A stretch of DNA of 64,000 bases from Octopus sinensis (taxonomy: Eukaryota): NCBI RefSeq assembly GCF_006345805.1, contig NC_043010.1:8246001-8310000 (forward strand), read 5' to 3'. The position numbers were made by a program, and so were the translations under genes. Below are positions 53,526 through 64,000 of this stretch, in pieces. Position 1 is the first letter of the stretch. Every line of letters begins with the position of its first letter. The notes under the pieces are model-generated. The model was not told where the DNA came from. It did no database searches and was given only the letters and a program-made list of their open reading frames with translations.

Positions 53526-54768
53526 TTTCTACAACCAGATGTCCTTCATGTTGCCATTCCTCATTTGTTCCCAATTACATTGATATTTCACCATGGCCAG
53601 ACATGTTTTCTGGGAACATTGGAAAGAAAGGACACTGCTTCATGACAGTGACACTCATTTACAACTTTTACGTGATGCTATGACAAAGAGAAGCCAACTT
53701 ACACATGCATCTCTTTCTCTCCTCCCTCCTTCCCCTATCTCTGTATGTATCCATCTGCTAAAATCCATTTGCTTACTCCGATATTCCAGATCTATTTGTA
53801 GATGTTATAATTGTGTGAGGTATACATAAGAGTTTAAAATACTGGAAGATCCTTTTGTGTTATAATCATATATCAAAACAGGAGAATGGAAAAATTCTTG
53901 GTGTTATTTATTTGCCATTACATATGTTTCACTTGTTAATAGGATTTACAAAATTGTACACGTAGTTAAAAATATATAAGATATTTCCTATTAGGAACTC
54001 TTCAAGTAGAGAACAGCACAGTTTTGTGGATTTCTACAATATATTCACTTTAAGTAAGGTATGCAGAATGCTATTCTGAGCTAATAGTGTTTTTGTAACT
54101 AACAATGAATTTTTATTCAGCCTGCCAGCTATTTGCAACATCAGTGATTTGTCAGTTGCTATTTTTCTATATCAGTAGTGGCTAAATTTGTCTAAGTATG
54201 TGGTTGATAGTGGTTACTTGCTAATGATGAGCAAAAACAAAGAAATCTAGATTTAGCAATGCCATCATGGCTACTGGATGCTTTTTGTTTGCTTCTGCTA
54301 CATCTTTACAAGATGCTTTCTCAAGATGGATACCACAATATTGTGATTTTCTACGGTTTATCCATATTAAGCAAGATATACAGAATGCTATTCTGAGCTA
54401 ACACTTCTTCCATCACCAACAACAGATTCATTGTATTTAGGTGTTTATACACACAGAAGAAAATGTTACTATTTTGCTCATTGTATCTAGTTGTTCGTAC
54501 TCATGGAGAGCTTTACTATTTTGTGCTGTTGGTACACTCAAAGATGAATTTTTTCACTGATTTAAACTCTTTGTAAGGAAAACTTTACTCATTGTATTTA
54601 GCTATTTGTACACACATATGAGAACTTGTACCCTGGGAACTATTTATATTATTCCTGAATGTTGAATCGTTCCACCCTGCTCTCTCTCTTTCCTTCTCTC
54701 TCTCTCTCTTCCCCTCTCTCTTTCTCTATATTTACCTTTTCTTCACTCTGTGGAAATAGAAATATAGA

Positions 54769-54995
54769 AGGTGGCGAGCTGGTAGAATCGTTAGCACACC
54801 GGGTGAAATGCTTAACGGTATTTCGTCTGCAGCTACTTTCTGAGTTCAAATTCCACTGAGGTTAACTTTGCCTTTCATCTTTTCAGGGTTGATTAAATAA
54901 GTACCAGTTACACACTGGTGTCGATGTAATCGACTTAGTCCCTTTGTCTGTCCTTGTTTGTCCCCTCTATGTTTAGCCGCTTGTGGGCAATAAAG
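54769..54995 (+). mobile_element. SINE B full-length copy
   Basis: AAGGTGGCGAGCTGGTAGAATCGTTAGC head, GAGTTCAAATTCC B-box, tail as in 1742-1974. Confidence 0.88.
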
Positions 54996-55306
54996 AATTA
55001 AATATAGAAATACACACATACATATGCATGCACACACACATGCACACACACACACACACACAAACACACATACACACAGACAAACACACACACACACAAA
55101 CACACATACACACAGACAAACACACACACACACACAAACACATACACACAAATCTACACAGTTATTTTCAAGCTGATGATTCACATATCATTACTACACA
55201 CAATTTCTAACTGTGTAAAATCTTTTAAGCAACAAGAATATCAATTCATAGCAGTATGTGTTTTCAGACATAAAAGTCCAGAAAAATTTACCATAAAAAT
55301 ATATAC

Positions 55307-55457
55307 CTGATTGTTCTTCAGTATGATGGGTATCTCTACCCTTCTTGCAAATATTGTGTCCATTGTCAGCATTTGATATTGTAGACATCTCACTGTACCG
55401 ATAGGGTGGATGAATGATACCTTCTGTTTCTTTCCTATCAAGTGATGTCCTAGCTAT
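55307..55457 (-). CDS. Candidate 151-nt coding exon (phase 0 to 1)
   Basis: Acceptor TTCCTTCTTTACTTGTGTTTCCAACAG|, donor CAG|GTATAT; only one frame is open from the acceptor: IARTSLDRKETEGIIHPPYRYSEMSTISNADNGHNICKKGRDTHHTEEQS. Confidence 0.6.
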
Positions 55458-55624
55458 CTGTTGGAAACACAAGTAAAGAAGGAAATCTTAGCACACAATT
55501 TTAAAAATAGTACCACGCTGCAATTGTTTTCGTTCCAGCACACGATCTCAGATCAAATCACTTGCTATGCAAGTACATCTCCGTAATTAAAATAGTACCT
55601 TATTTTAAAAAATTGTTTTCAGTC

Positions 55625-56075
55625 TTCATCATGCAGGTATGGTTGTATGGTTAGGATGCTTACTTTGTAGCCATGAGATTTTGGGTTCAAGTTTCAGTGC
55701 ATGACACTTTGGGCAGGTGTCTTTGACTATACCTTCAGGTTGACCAATTCCTTGTGAGGGAATCTGGTTGATGGAAACTGTGCAGAAGCCTCTCAAATAT
55801 ATAACTGAGTGTGTGTGTGTGTATGTGTGTGTGTATATGTGTTTGTGTGCGTGTGTGTGTGTGTATGTGTGTGTTTGTCCCCTACCACTGCTTGACAGGT
55901 GGTGTTGTTTTGTTATGCCCCCTTAACTTAGTGGTTTGGCAAAAAAAAAAAATAGAACAATAAAATAAGCACAAATCTTAAAAATAAATTCTATAGTCAT
56001 TTGTTCAACTAAACTGTTCAAAGCATTGCCCCAGCATGGCCACAGTCTAATGACTGAACCAAATGAATGATAAAA
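55625..56075 (+). mobile_element. Old SINE A copy
   Basis: Degenerate head, CTTTGGGCAGGTGTC core and CCCAGCATGGCCACAGTCTAATGACTGAA tail. Confidence 0.75.
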
Positions 56076-56902
56076 GATGGATTGGCTTTCTCTGTTATTT
56101 TCCAATCTTTTCCTTTTCTGTTCATTTATTCTTTTACTAGTTTTACTTGTAGAACTGGTGACATACTAGGACCAGTGCCACCCTCATGAGTATATTCGAA
56201 TATATATCAAATCCAGTTTCTTGACAAGTGGTTTATTATTTTATTGACTTCATAAGAAACAAAAGCCGGAGTCGGCTGCGTGGAATTTGATCTTAAAAAC
56301 ACCACAACCGTTCTTCTAATTCAACCAACTCTTGACAAGCTGGAAGAAGTTATACAATAGAGAAATGCAATGAATTACCATTTAAACAACTACCAACGCT
56401 ATAATTATGTTATGTAACTAAATAGTTTCACATTTTAGATTTACAGTCCATTAACAACTAATCATGAAGGTCAAACCTAGCAAAAGGAAGTTTACATTAT
56501 CTAAAATTAGCTTCCATTTAATATTGGAATCAAGGTCATGGATTTCATTTGCCTGGAACTTATCACAATACCACACTGCCTGTGAAGTTCTTAATAATAT
56601 TAATGCTCCTATTACTGTTGGCACAATCACATCAGCTAAGACTTTTGTCTTTGAAATAATATAATAAAGAAGTAGATTTGCTCATGCTAAGAAAAGTTAT
56701 CAGGCTATATTCAATATAAAAAGACTTAATTTACATTTTGTTCAGTAAGAAACTTTGTGATATAGAAAGGTAAATTATTGACAGCTCAAACAGGTAAGAT
56801 AATAGTTAATTGAATCCTCTCCAAGTAAGAAAAATCTTTTGGGCTACTCAACTCCACTGAAGCATTTGATTTGAGTGTGAGTTATACTCTCTCTCTTTCT
56901 CT

Positions 56903-57378
56903 CTCTTTTACATGTTTCAGTCATTTGACTGCGGCCATGCTGGAGCACCGCCTTTAGTCGAGCAAATCGACCCCGGGACTTATTCTTTTTGTAAGCCCAG
57001 TACTTATTCTATCGGTCTCTTTTGCCGAACCGCTAAGTGACGGGGACGTAAACACACCAGCATCAGTTGTCAAGCAATGCTAGGAGTACAAACACAGACA
57101 CACAAACACACACACACACATACATATACATATATATACGACAGGCTTCTTTCAGTTTCCGTCTATCAACACAGACACACAAACACACACATATACACAT
57201 ATATATATACATATATACGATGGGCTTCTTTCAGTTTCTGTCTATCAAATCCACTCACAAGGCATTGGTCGACCCGGGGCTATAGCAGAATACACTTGCC
57301 CAAGATGCCACGCAATGGGACTGAACCCGGAACCATGTGGTTGGTTAGCAAGCTACTTACCACACAGCCACTCCTGCG
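56903..57378 (-). mobile_element. SINE A young copy with ~70-bp internal duplication
   Basis: ACACAGACACACAAAC...CTTCTTTCAGTTTC(C/T)GTCTATCAA occurs twice (~57093-57168 and ~57169-57248). Confidence 0.9.
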
Positions 57379-57739
57379 TTCTCTAGATAGTTACACTCAA
57401 AAGAGATTGAACTCTGTGCTATTAGATATAACTAAATTTCCTCATTGATTTCAGAATGCTGCAGGTTATCTACAGTAGTGAATTATACAATCCAGAGCAA
57501 CAGCCACCTCATTGGTGTAATAATAAGTAACATATTTGCCTGACGTGAGGCAGATACGTGATTTGAGATCCTTGGGAAGATATGTTCGCTTTCCAGTCAA
57601 CTGCAAGGAATAGAAGACAAATCTACTTGGATCCAAAAAAAAAATCTTCTTTATTTTACAAAAAAGATAAAGTATAGGAATATGTTATTCCTGATATACA
57701 AAAAGAAAACCTGAATGATCATAATTAAAATACATACAT

Positions 57740-57804
57740 ACTCTACTACTACTACTACTACTACTACAACTACTACTACTACAACTACTATTACAACTAC
57801 TACA

Positions 57805-57838
<34 letters not shown>

Positions 57839-57864
57839 TTACTACTGCTACAGCTACTACTACA

Positions 57865-57902
<38 letters not shown>

Positions 57903-58046
57903 CTCTACTACCTACTACTACTACAACTAATAATCTACTACTACTACTACTGACTACTACTACAACTACTACTACTAAAAACAACTACTACTAACTGCTG
58001 CTGCTGCTGCTGCTGTTTACCTCTACTAACTACTCTACTACTACTA

Positions 58047-58079
<33 letters not shown>

Positions 58080-58080
58080 A
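57740..58080. repeat. (CTA)n/(CTG)n compound microsatellite
   Basis: Direct sequence. Confidence 0.96.
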
Positions 58081-58255
58081 AATATAACAAAAGCTGTTAC
58101 TCAGAGTTTCACGTTCCCGACGAAAGGGAACTGAACTCTTAGTAACAGCTTTTGTTATATTCTGCTGCTTTTAAATAAAGCACATTACTCTACCTCTGGT
58201 ATTTGAGTACTCTTTTTTCCACACCTTGTTTCACATTTATGTGTTTACTCCAGTA
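58081..58255. mobile_element. Short element with terminal 81-nt fold-back containing hammerhead-like parts
   Basis: 58081-58101 is the exact reverse complement of 58141-58161; inner arms pair with bulges; followed by ~95 bp of unique sequence and (TA)n. Confidence 0.6.
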
Positions 58256-58433
58256 TATATATAAATACATATATATATATATATATTATATATATATAGA
58301 TATATATATATATATATTATATTATTATATATATATATAGTATTTATATATAGATGCATATATATATTACATATATGTGTGTGTATATTATAAATACATA
58401 TAGATAGATAGATAGATAGGTAGATATACATAC

Positions 58434-58466
<33 letters not shown>

Positions 58467-59123
58467 ACATACACACACATATATATATAGATATATTTAT
58501 ATCTATATATATGTGTCTGTGTACATGTACACAATTACAAAATACCTACTTATAGTTTCATGCTATAAGATACATTAACCTATGAGCATTTAATCTGGCC
58601 ATATCCAGCTAAAATATTCTACCTGCTTTATGTTAAAACTGACCAAATTTAATCTCTCACACTCACTCAGTTTTGTCATTCTAAAAATATACAAACACGC
58701 CATTGAAATCTTGAAGTTGCAATATAATGTGTGGTTAATAGAAAACAATGAGAGAATAAATAAGCAATGCATTTGACAAAGACATTTGAATACTAAATGG
58801 TTAAACTGGCAGAATTATATAACATCTCACGTATCTCCAAGTGATCTTTCAGGCTCAGTTCATAATGTTAGATGTATTTAAAACCAACACACTGGACTAT
58901 GAGAAAACACAAGAAAATAATGTGCAATTTTGTAATTGTGTATATTAAATGATATTTATCTCTCACTGGATGGAGTACATTTTTTGTTGATCCTACCTAC
59001 AATGGAACTGCAAGCTATGTATACACACACACACACACATGTATGTTTATATGTATGACATGCATATTTGTGTGAACAAAATGAAAGAGAGCAGCACTTC
59101 ACACAGTTAGTCAGAGTTATATA

Positions 59124-59508
59124 TCTCCTCATGACTTAAGTTTCGTGGGTGCATAGGACACATCTGTCTCATCAGATGCAAGGAGCAGAATGAGAGATTT
59201 TGAAAGAAATTCAAGACGGTTTCTAGGTGTTAAGCATCTATTGTTCAGCTCAGGTCACATGATATTAATGCTATTTAAGTAACACCGGTAACTTTAATTT
59301 TAAGCCCATGTATCTGGACAGGATTTTAAAAGTAAAGAATATAGTTGTGTCACATCCATAGCAATAATACTATGAACCTGAACCAAACAGGGGAGGCCTA
59401 AGACTAAGAAGCTATCATGAATTTCTCATAAAATCTCTCATGCTGCTCTTTGCACCTTATGTAATGAACTTGTTGTATGCATCAATGAAACTCTAAGTCA
59501 TGTGGAGG
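59124..59508. mobile_element. Old MITE-like element with ~90-bp imperfect TIRs
   Basis: 59124-59213 (CTCCTCATGACTTAAGTTTC...GAGAGATTTTGAAAGAAATTCA) pairs with 59418-59508 (TGAATTTCTCATAAAATCTCTC...GAAACTCTAAGTCATGTGGAG), roughly three quarters identical by eye. Confidence 0.7.
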
Positions 59509-59680
59509 TGATTCAAACTGTATAATTTCAAAATCAAGGCTGCCATCTCTAGGTACTTAGCATGTATGGAAGTGTGCCCACCACTCCTAATCTTGTATTT
59601 TTTCTACAGCTATCAGGATCCACATAGTGTTCATTAAGTATCAGCATGAACATCAGATTGGTTTTTTTTTTAAACTTATA

Positions 59681-60017
59681 GTGCCAGCACTGCCCCGACT
59701 GGCCTCGTGCCGGTGGCACGTAAAAAGCACCATCCGTTCGTGGCCATTGCCAGCCTCGCTTGGCCCCGTGCCGGTGGCACGTAAAAAGCACCATCCGTCC
59801 GTGGCCGTTTGCCAGCTCCGTCTGGCACCTGTGCGGGTGGCACGTAAAAAGCACCCACTACACTCACGGAGTGGTCGGCGTTAGGAAGGGCATCCAGCCG
59901 TAGAAACACTGCCAGATCAGACTGGGCCTGATGCAGCCTTCTGGCTTCACAGACCCCAGTTGCACCATCCAACCCATGCCAGCATGGAAAGCGGATGCTA
60001 AATGATGATGATGATGA
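59681..60017 (+). mobile_element. Family E SINE/LINE-tail repeat with internal tandem units and (ATG)n tail
   Basis: GGCGTTAGGAAGGGCATCCAGCCGTAGAAAC, AACCCATGCCAGCATGGAAAGCGG and (ATG)n tail; fragments also at ~15000-15090, 23050-23190, 31890-31950, 35160-35250. Confidence 0.75.
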
Positions 60018-60054
60018 GTCAGACCAAAGACATCACATGCAGCAGGAAATTTAT

Positions 60055-60625
60055 TGAAAATGCCTAAGCAGATTTTTATGGGGGGTTACAATTTGGGAAA
60101 TGCCCACAGCATACCCCAAAGAAATGGTACAGAGGCTGTATTCATGACAATCTAGTGAAACTGACAATAGATTTTAAAATTCTGGAATGCAAAAGTGACT
60201 GATAGAAATGCATGGAGGTCTCTAGTAAAGGAAATTATTGCTAGATTTGTGCTAGTCAAAGGATAACATGTACAGTTAAAGAATACTTTGAGAAAGGGAA
60301 GTATCATTAATGCACTACTTGATATTAAGCATTGGAAATACAGTTTTGAGAGTGATATGCCCCATAAAAAGCTGGCTATATAAGCCACATGAAATTATGC
60401 AGTAGTTTGCAAAATTGAGATGCATCAACAATGAATTGCTTGCTTTTTATGAGAACAACACCTGTGTTGTATAAGTGATAATCTGTCAGAGTAAATCTGA
60501 TTTGAAAAGGCACATGAAAGGGCATAAGATTACCATACCACAAGTAACCTATAAAAAATCCTGTAGAAATTTTGAATCTTAAGTCAAGTGCTGGTCTTAA
60601 AAGAAACCTCAGAGCACATAATGGG
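60055..60625 (+). mobile_element. Decayed RTE-type LINE 3' fragment with C2H2-like remnants
   Basis: KMPKQIF..G...GKCPQHTPKKWYRGCIHDNL...DRNAWRSLV (cf. RLPKQLLYGEL..GKR....PKKR.KD..K.NL) and SKSDLKRHMKGH / SSAGLKRNLRAH; frameshifts and stops. Confidence 0.7.
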
Positions 60626-60752
60626 GATTATCACAATGATGCAGATAAACTGAGATATAAGATTAATTTTGCACAATCTTTCAGTAGACATTACTTCATC
60701 AGAAGTTTAATAAAAAAAAAATGCTGTTGTTTGATTTTATAATAGTATAAAA

Positions 60753-61440
60753 CACTGGTTCTCAACTGGGGTCCACATTACCGTTTGGGGGTCCATATAA
60801 GATTTTGTTGCTAATAAATTACTCATACTTCTACTATTTTTATTTATTTTATTTATTTATTCTTTTACTTGTTTCAGTTATTTGACTACGGCCATGCTGG
60901 AGCACCACCTTGAAGAGTTTTAGTCAAAAAAATCAACCCCCAGGACTCATTCTTTGCAAGCTTAGTACCTATTTTATCACACTCTTTTGCTGAACTGCTA
61001 AGTTACAGGGATGTAAACACACCAATACACACCAATATCGGCTGTGAAGTGACAGTGGGAGTACAAACACAGACACAAAGACACACACACACATAAATAT
61101 ATACATATATATATACGATGGGCTTCTATCAGTTTCTGTTTACCAAATCCACTCTCAAGGCTTCAGTTGGCCCAAGGATATAGTAGAAAACACTTGCCCA
61201 AGGTGCCATGCAGTGGAACTAAATCTAGAACCATGTGGTAGGGGAAGCATGCTTCTTACCACACAGACATACCTGCACCTGTATACAAAATACCTTAAAA
61301 AATTTTTTATACAATTTCTAATAATATTTAATTATAAAAATATAAGAATTAAAAAAAAAAATGAATGGCTGTGAAGGTCCATCCAAGCAAAAGAGGAACC
61401 AAAGGGGGGTCCACAGGTGAAAAATGGTTGAGAATCACAG
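60753..61440. mobile_element. hAT/Charlie-like MITE carrying an inserted old SINE A (60861-61279, minus)
   Basis: CACTGGTTCTCAAC ... GTTGAGAATCACAG termini resemble CAGTGGTTCTCAAC TIRs; internal GGGGTCC motifs; 8-bp TSD not clearly preserved. Confidence 0.6.
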
Positions 61441-61469
61441 GTCTTGGAGTTTATAATATAAATGAAATT

Positions 61470-61795
61470 ATTGTATACAGTGCTTAGGTGCACCACAACT
61501 TGTCAAAAGTGCGTATAAAGCATATGCAGTAATGTGCAAATGTCTGGGAAGTGAACAGTGTATGAGTCAGATACATGCTTGCGTTTGTATGGAGGGGAGA
61601 AAATCAGGTGTAGTGTTGGCAAATCTCTGGAAGCATGGAAGTTTTGAAGGATGCAGTGCTCTGACAACTAACAACTGATACCGGCAATTTGTTCCATGCT
61701 TCAGCAACTCTTAGCATGAAAAAATGTTTCCGAAAGTCATGGGAGCTGTGCTGTATTCTGACTTTGTAAACATATCCACGGGTGTTAGACGGGTG
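61470..61795 (-). mobile_element. CR1-clade LINE 3' end, second copy
   Basis: SNTRGYVYKVRIQHSSHDFRKHFFMLRVAEAWNKLP, homologous to 35339-35520, with a longer 3' UTR. Confidence 0.9.
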
Positions 61796-61981
61796 GAGTT
61801 TGGAAAGAGATATAAAGATTGCAAACATACAGGACATAATGATTAGCTTGGATCTAAAAGAGTTAGATGTAAGTGGATTTATACATCTTGTTCTAAGTGC
61901 AAGCCTTCACTTGTACAGATATGTGGGTAATATGATGCATACAACATATGACAATTTGGTGATAAGAGCGTGGTTGTGAAA

Positions 61982-62452
61982 AACATTGGAAGAAGCACTG
62001 ATATCCGATTGCAAGGTGTTGGTCCTCATAAATGACATGGTTAAAGAACCCTCAATATGGTTAGACGTACAGGACAAGACCCACGAAATCATCTCAACAT
62101 GGACATTATTATGTATGTATGTGTGTGTGTGTGTTGTGTGTGTGCGTGTGTGTGCGTGTGTGTAGTGATACAGTGCAAAGAAAAAGACATTGGATGAAGA
62201 ATTGATATCTGATTGCAAGGTGTTGGTCCTCACAAATGACATGGTTAAAGAACCCTCAAAATGGTTAGACGTACAGGACAAGACTCATGAAATCATGTCA
62301 ATGTGGATATCATTATGTATGTGTTTGTGTATGTGTGTGCGGGTAGAAGGGTGTGTGTGTGTGTGGTGTGTTTGTGCGTGTGCGTGTGTGTGTATGTGTG
62401 CGTGCATGCATTTGTGCGTGCTTGTGTGTAGTGATATAGTGTATAGAAAAAG
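61982..62452 (+). repeat. Tandem duplication of a ~130-bp open-frame block plus (GT)n
   Basis: ACATTGGA...ATTATGT block at ~61983-62114 and ~62188-62319; AGTGATA(C/T)AGTG..AGAAAAAG follows each GT run. Confidence 0.9.
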
Positions 62453-63015
62453 GGGAACGAACTCGAAATAAGTTGAAGAGTTCATTTATGCATCTATTGG
62501 AAGTTTCAATTTCCAGTAACTTAATATAATATAAACACACACATACACACATGCACACACACAGATGAATATATGCATGATTATGGTAATTGAATAAATT
62601 TAAATACTGTATGTACAAATAGGGAGGCTAGTCTGTACAAACATGAATTCACAATTATTGATACAAATACACATAACACCAGCAAACATCCACGAACATA
62701 CCAACATACATCCATATATGCATACATACACGCACACACATATATATTAATATGTAAATGTATGTACACACACACACATAGAAAAATACACACACATGTA
62801 TATATGTGTCTGTATGTGTGTATGCATATAAATATGTAAATACATACATATACTCACAAGCATTGTGTAATATTATAAATTTAAGTGCTGTGTGAATTCA
62901 CTGCTGTGAATGGTACGTTCATAAATACACAAACTATTCATATAAATGGATATTAAACACACCAATATACACATATATGCATATACACCCACTATTTGTA
63001 TACATTTGCATTTGC

Positions 63016-63360
63016 AAGTTTGATAAATATGACAGTATCATTTGACTGGTGGTCAAGGGATTACTTGTCCAAAGATAGCCATAACACATACATTCACTCA
63101 GTGTCTGTTCATTAACTAATGCATACAATTTAGTGAAAGATCTCAGTCTAAATATTGCAGATACCTTTAACTTTGGAATTTTACAAAATTACACAAAGGA
63201 ACAAAATCAATTACAATTGATTTCTTAAATAGATTTGTGTTTGAGAGAGAGAGAGTTTTTGCTCTTGAGTTAATAAGTTTCATTTGTAAAAACAGCAAAT
63301 TGGAGACAAATGTGTGAGTTAATTAGGAGAGTAATTAAGTGTTTTTGTACATCAAGAATG
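63016..63360. repeat. 345-bp segment, inverted copy of 39232-39576
   Basis: 344/345 identity in reverse complement. Confidence 0.97.
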
Positions 63361-63512
63361 GTTTGTTCTATTTTTTTTCTTCGTTTAGCCACATGTTTCT
63401 GAGTTCTGTCCCCCTGCATGATATCTAGGGTACGGCAAGTGTTTCCTACTACAGCATGGACCAACCAAATTCTGAGTGGATTTGGTAGACAGAAACTGAA
63501 AGAAGCCCAAAT

Positions 63513-63555
<43 letters not shown>

Positions 63556-63559
<4 letters not shown>

Positions 63560-63757
63560 AGAGTTTACGAAAAAAACAAAAGACGAAGACAGGTGGTGTA
63601 CAAAACAAACAGATGTATTAGTATAATGCTCAGGAATAGAAAAAGTTGTTTATGTTTCGAGCCTACGCTCGTCTACAGAAAGGGACACAGAAAAACAAGG
63701 CGAGAAACAAGGAGAGAAAAAAATGTGTGTAGCGGCTAATGATCTATCATGGCAACT
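63556..63757 (-). mobile_element. Short repeat family C embedded in (TA)n
   Basis: Homologous to 21642-21846 along its length; degenerate hammerhead-like motif at 63647-63683. Confidence 0.7.
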
Positions 63758-64000
63758 GATATATATATATATATATATAATTTTTGAATATATATAGTTG
63801 CTCGTGTTATATGTATTTGTATCAATAATTGTGAATTCATGTTTGTACAGACTAGCCTCCCTATATCTTCATGTTTGTTATATTATAATAATTACTGGTA
63901 TCCTTGTATATTACTATATTTTATATCTTATATGTAAAGCATAATATGTTATATGTATGTATGTATATTATTGTAATTATCAGTTTAGTAAATAAATAAA

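Noticed and set aside
54025-54400. ~60-bp direct repeat (GAATGCTATTCTGAGCTAA) at ~54025 and ~54342; 45-bp tandem at 52965-53043
   Set aside because: Ordinary local duplications with no further structure or coding signal.
13820-60700. Canonical CTGATGA/CTGAAGA words (e.g. ~13824, 26413, 28510, 45710 minus)
   Set aside because: In the instances I inspected, none is followed by a stem II and GAAA, so they are not hammerheads.

Overview
Eukaryotic, AT-rich, repeat-dominated genomic DNA with no operons, rRNA, true tRNA genes or CRISPR. The SINE families and the (TA)n/(ATAC)n/(AAT)n load are those I associate with octopus (cephalopod) genomes; this is an inference from recalled repeat motifs, not a database search. 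Most of the window is microsatellites, four tRNA-derived SINE families (about 11 young copies of one ~410-bp CORE-like SINE), decayed LINEs (CR1, RTE, R4/Dong, jockey-like), and Tc1, Gypsy, Helitron/Helentron, hAT and MITE fragments. Almost every ORF in the supplied track is a microsatellite or SINE artefact. A phase-compatible chain of splice-site-bounded exons on the minus strand (about 55.5 kb to 45.7 kb, possibly to 24.8 kb) suggests an unidentified spliced gene. The most unusual signals: (1) several short, mostly (TA)n-flanked repeats with minimal type I hammerhead-ribozyme-like folds and non-canonical cores (CUGUCGA, CCGACGA), reminiscent of Penelope-associated/retrozyme elements; (2) a 345-bp non-SINE sequence present twice, inverted, 24 kb apart at 344/345 identity with diverged flanks; (3) long fold-back palindromes.
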